Notes under the pieces: generated by a model | Told to the model about the DNA's origin: nothing | Seen by the model: only the letters and a program-made list of their open reading frames with translations | Database searches by the model: none | NCBI GenBank assembly: GCA_965645245.1 | Contig: OZ287070.1 | Location: 1,674,001-1,738,000 of the forward strand | DNA: 64,000 nucleotides | Source: Massalongia carnosa | Lineage: Eukaryota | Direction: 5' to 3' | In this document: positions 62,166-64,000 of the stretch, piece by piece | How the letters are laid out: each line of letters opens with the position of its first letter | Numbering within the stretch: the stretch's first letter is position 1 | Program-made: the position numbers and the translations under genes

Positions 62166-64000
62166 TCAATGCAGTAGATTGCGCAGCGAAGGACTTGCGC
62201 TCGCGCCGTTCGTCATCTGCCCATCGGCGCCAAGCCACCCTCCACCGCGCCCAAGCCCATCCGGGGGCGTCTCAGGTCTCTCGAAATTGCCCCGAGGGCT
62301 GCCGTATATGCCTTGGTAGAGCTGCCGTGGAGGAGAGTGTGATTGGTAAGGTATAACAAAAGGGTTCTCTGCCGCTCGAGGTGGTCCATGTGGCCCCTGC
62401 GTATTTTGATCATGCATGGGAGGCGAACGGATGGGAGGTGGGGGAGCAGGGTGGGCGCGGATGGCATGTGGCGGATGAGGATGTGGGGTGTGCTGGGTAT
62501 TTGAAGGGTGTGAATGGTGAAGCGGATATGGAGTAGGTACCATGTGCGATGGATGATTCCGTGGCGGAGGATATGGAGACGGTGCCCCGTTGGGTAGGTG
62601 TTGCAATGGTGCTTCATGGTGTTGTTGTTGTTGTGGATGGCCATAACTAGCTGCATGATATTGGGCCGAGGGCCCGATGAAATGCGGTTGTAGCGGTGGC
62701 ACGGCAGCGGGAGGTGAATGTGAAACGCCGTTAGACATGCGTGGACGACCGTTAAAGCGCGGTGTAGGTTGATTCCCCCATCCGTGATATGGATCATGGC
62801 TTGGCATCCCCAACGCTGGAGGCCATATTGGTTGTGCTAACTGTGGAGGAGTGCCTGGTTCTATGATCTCATCATGCAGGTCCAGCAGGACGGGATCAGG
62901 TTCAGAAGAAGTACTTCTTCGCGGAGTTGGCTCTCGAAGTTTTCGCAGATGGCATTTGTGGCAGAGAAAGTCCGGAGAAAGAACTGCCCCGATAGGAAGC
63001 TCCAATCCAACCTCGGTTGTTGTGGTGATTCCCGGAGCACTGGCGGTGTGAATCAATGGTTCGCTTGAGATATCTTTGCTTATCCCATTATTGCCATGGT
63101 TCGTAGATAAGTTTTCGGGTTGCGCAGCAGCGAAGCGTGTAAGAGAGTCGTCTGATTTGCCAATGACATCTCCATTCGCTTGACCACACGAGTCACCTAC
63201 AAATATCTGACCCGGGGCTTCGGGAATATCAGTTCTCAAAAGGGGGTCCGCTAATGGCGGCGGCGGCGCTTCGATGATCTGAGGAATTGCTTTATGCCAT
63301 TTGGGACTTGTGTCGGTGCCACATACGGTACATTCCTTCGTACTTGGTTCAGTAACAGTTGTTTCACTCAGGTGTACTACACGGTCTCCATCGCCATCAA
63401 CTTCTTCCGACTTGATAGTGACCGTTGCGGGTGATACCCTCGAGCTCCTCGTAACTGGCCCCGATATCGAGTTGCCGGAGGGGACACTATTCAAGGTCGA
63501 CGTAGAGCTGCGGTGAGTAGCAGAAGCACCGGTAACGTGTGTGACTGCCTTCGTGGATGAGTGAATTAGCGCTGCCTTGCGAACCGTGCCAGTCATGGTC
63601 AGGTCGGCTTGCTTGAAGTTACGCGCGAACACCTGCAGGGCGTTGAGAGAGCTCTCCTCCACAGCCTCATGCATTGGATGAAAACTTGACTTGATCGAGT
63701 GCTCTCGACAAAATGCAACTGCTGAGATGATGCCAGTTTCGCCCCCGAGTGTTGTAGTATTCGCGACCTCCTTACGCGAGCTTTTAACCGGCGTCACATC
63801 AAAGCCAAGCGAGTAACCGTACTGTTGAGCACAGCTTACATGAAACGGGGCCGCGCAGTGATGGCAGGATATGCAGACGCCCTTACTAGTTTTGCAAAGC
63901 TTGCAAAGCTGTTCGTATTTAGCCGAAGGAATGGAGGGAACCCCTTCAACGGAATCCAACAGCTTTGCATTGCCCAGACGTATCTCGGGGTTCCAGAGAG
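62166..64000 (-). CDS. SNT2: 3' part of an Snt2-like PHD/ePHD protein (gene continues beyond the window)
   Basis: ePHD CKLC..GVCISC..FHVSCA..FCREH, FARNFKQADL..GTVRKA, CTVCGTDTSPKW, a Pro/His-rich tail and terminal GASASPSLRNLLH. Confidence 0.75.
   Translation of the reverse strand, partial: LWNPEIRLGNAKLLDSVEGVPSIPSAKYEQLCKLCKTSKGVCISCHHCAAPFHVSCAQQYGYSLGFDVTPVKSSRKEVANTTTLGGETGIISAVAFCREHSIKSSFHPMHEAVEESSLNALQVFARNFKQADLTMTGTVRKAALIHSSTKAVTHVTGASATHRSSTSTLNSVPSGNSISGPVTRSSRVSPATVTIKSEEVDGDGDRVVHLSETTVTEPSTKECTVCGTDTSPKWHKAIPQIIEAPPPPLADPLLRTDIPEAPGQIFVGDSCGQANGDVIGKSDDSLTRFAAAQPENLSTNHGNNGISKDISSEPLIHTASAPGITTTTEVGLELPIGAVLSPDFLCHKCHLRKLREPTPRRSTSSEPDPVLLDLHDEIIEPGTPPQLAQPIWPPALGMPSHDPYHGWGNQPTPRFNGRPRMSNGVSHSPPAAVPPLQPHFIGPSAQYHAASYGHPQQQQHHEAPLQHLPNGAPSPYPPPRNHPSHMVPTPYPLHHSHPSNTQHTPHPHPPHAIRAHPAPPPPIRSPPMHDQNTQGPHGPPRAAENPFVIPYQSHSPPRQLYQGIYGSPRGNFERPETPPDGLGRGGGWLGADGQMTNGASASPSLRNLLH

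Noticed and set aside
1..64000. CRISPR arrays, tRNA and rRNA genes
   Set aside because: No repeat-spacer array, cloverleaf or rRNA signature was recognised by eye; tRNAscan-SE or Infernal would be needed to exclude small RNA genes.

Overview
Eukaryotic DNA from a filamentous ascomycete (Pezizomycotina-type short GT-AG introns with CTRAY branch points; a finer taxon cannot be fixed from sequence alone). The left ~29 kb is a compact housekeeping block: a 5-exon small gene missed by the ORF track, NTO1, an SR-like RRM gene, MEX67, RPP0, TRM82, HEM12, FCY1, YDJ1, MSH1 and a Kelch-like membrane protein. The right ~35 kb is rich in repeats and transposons. It holds a decayed Tc1 (DD34E) element, a Sel1-repeat gene, an F-box-like gene with a 31-Pro expansion, a complete hAT element (8-bp TSD) carrying an intact piggyBac-like element with non-TTAA flanks, orphan ORFs, a sulfate permease, a young Ty1/copia element with identical LTRs, and the 3' part of an SNT2-like gene. 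Top leads: (1) a long hairpin filling the oversized first MEX67 intron, reminiscent of the CTE-containing retained intron of metazoan NXF1; (2) four tandem branch-point/acceptor pairs just after the RRM gene stop codon; (3) the two-transposase hAT::piggyBac composite with an atypical piggyBac target site. Exon boundaries were read by eye and are predictions.
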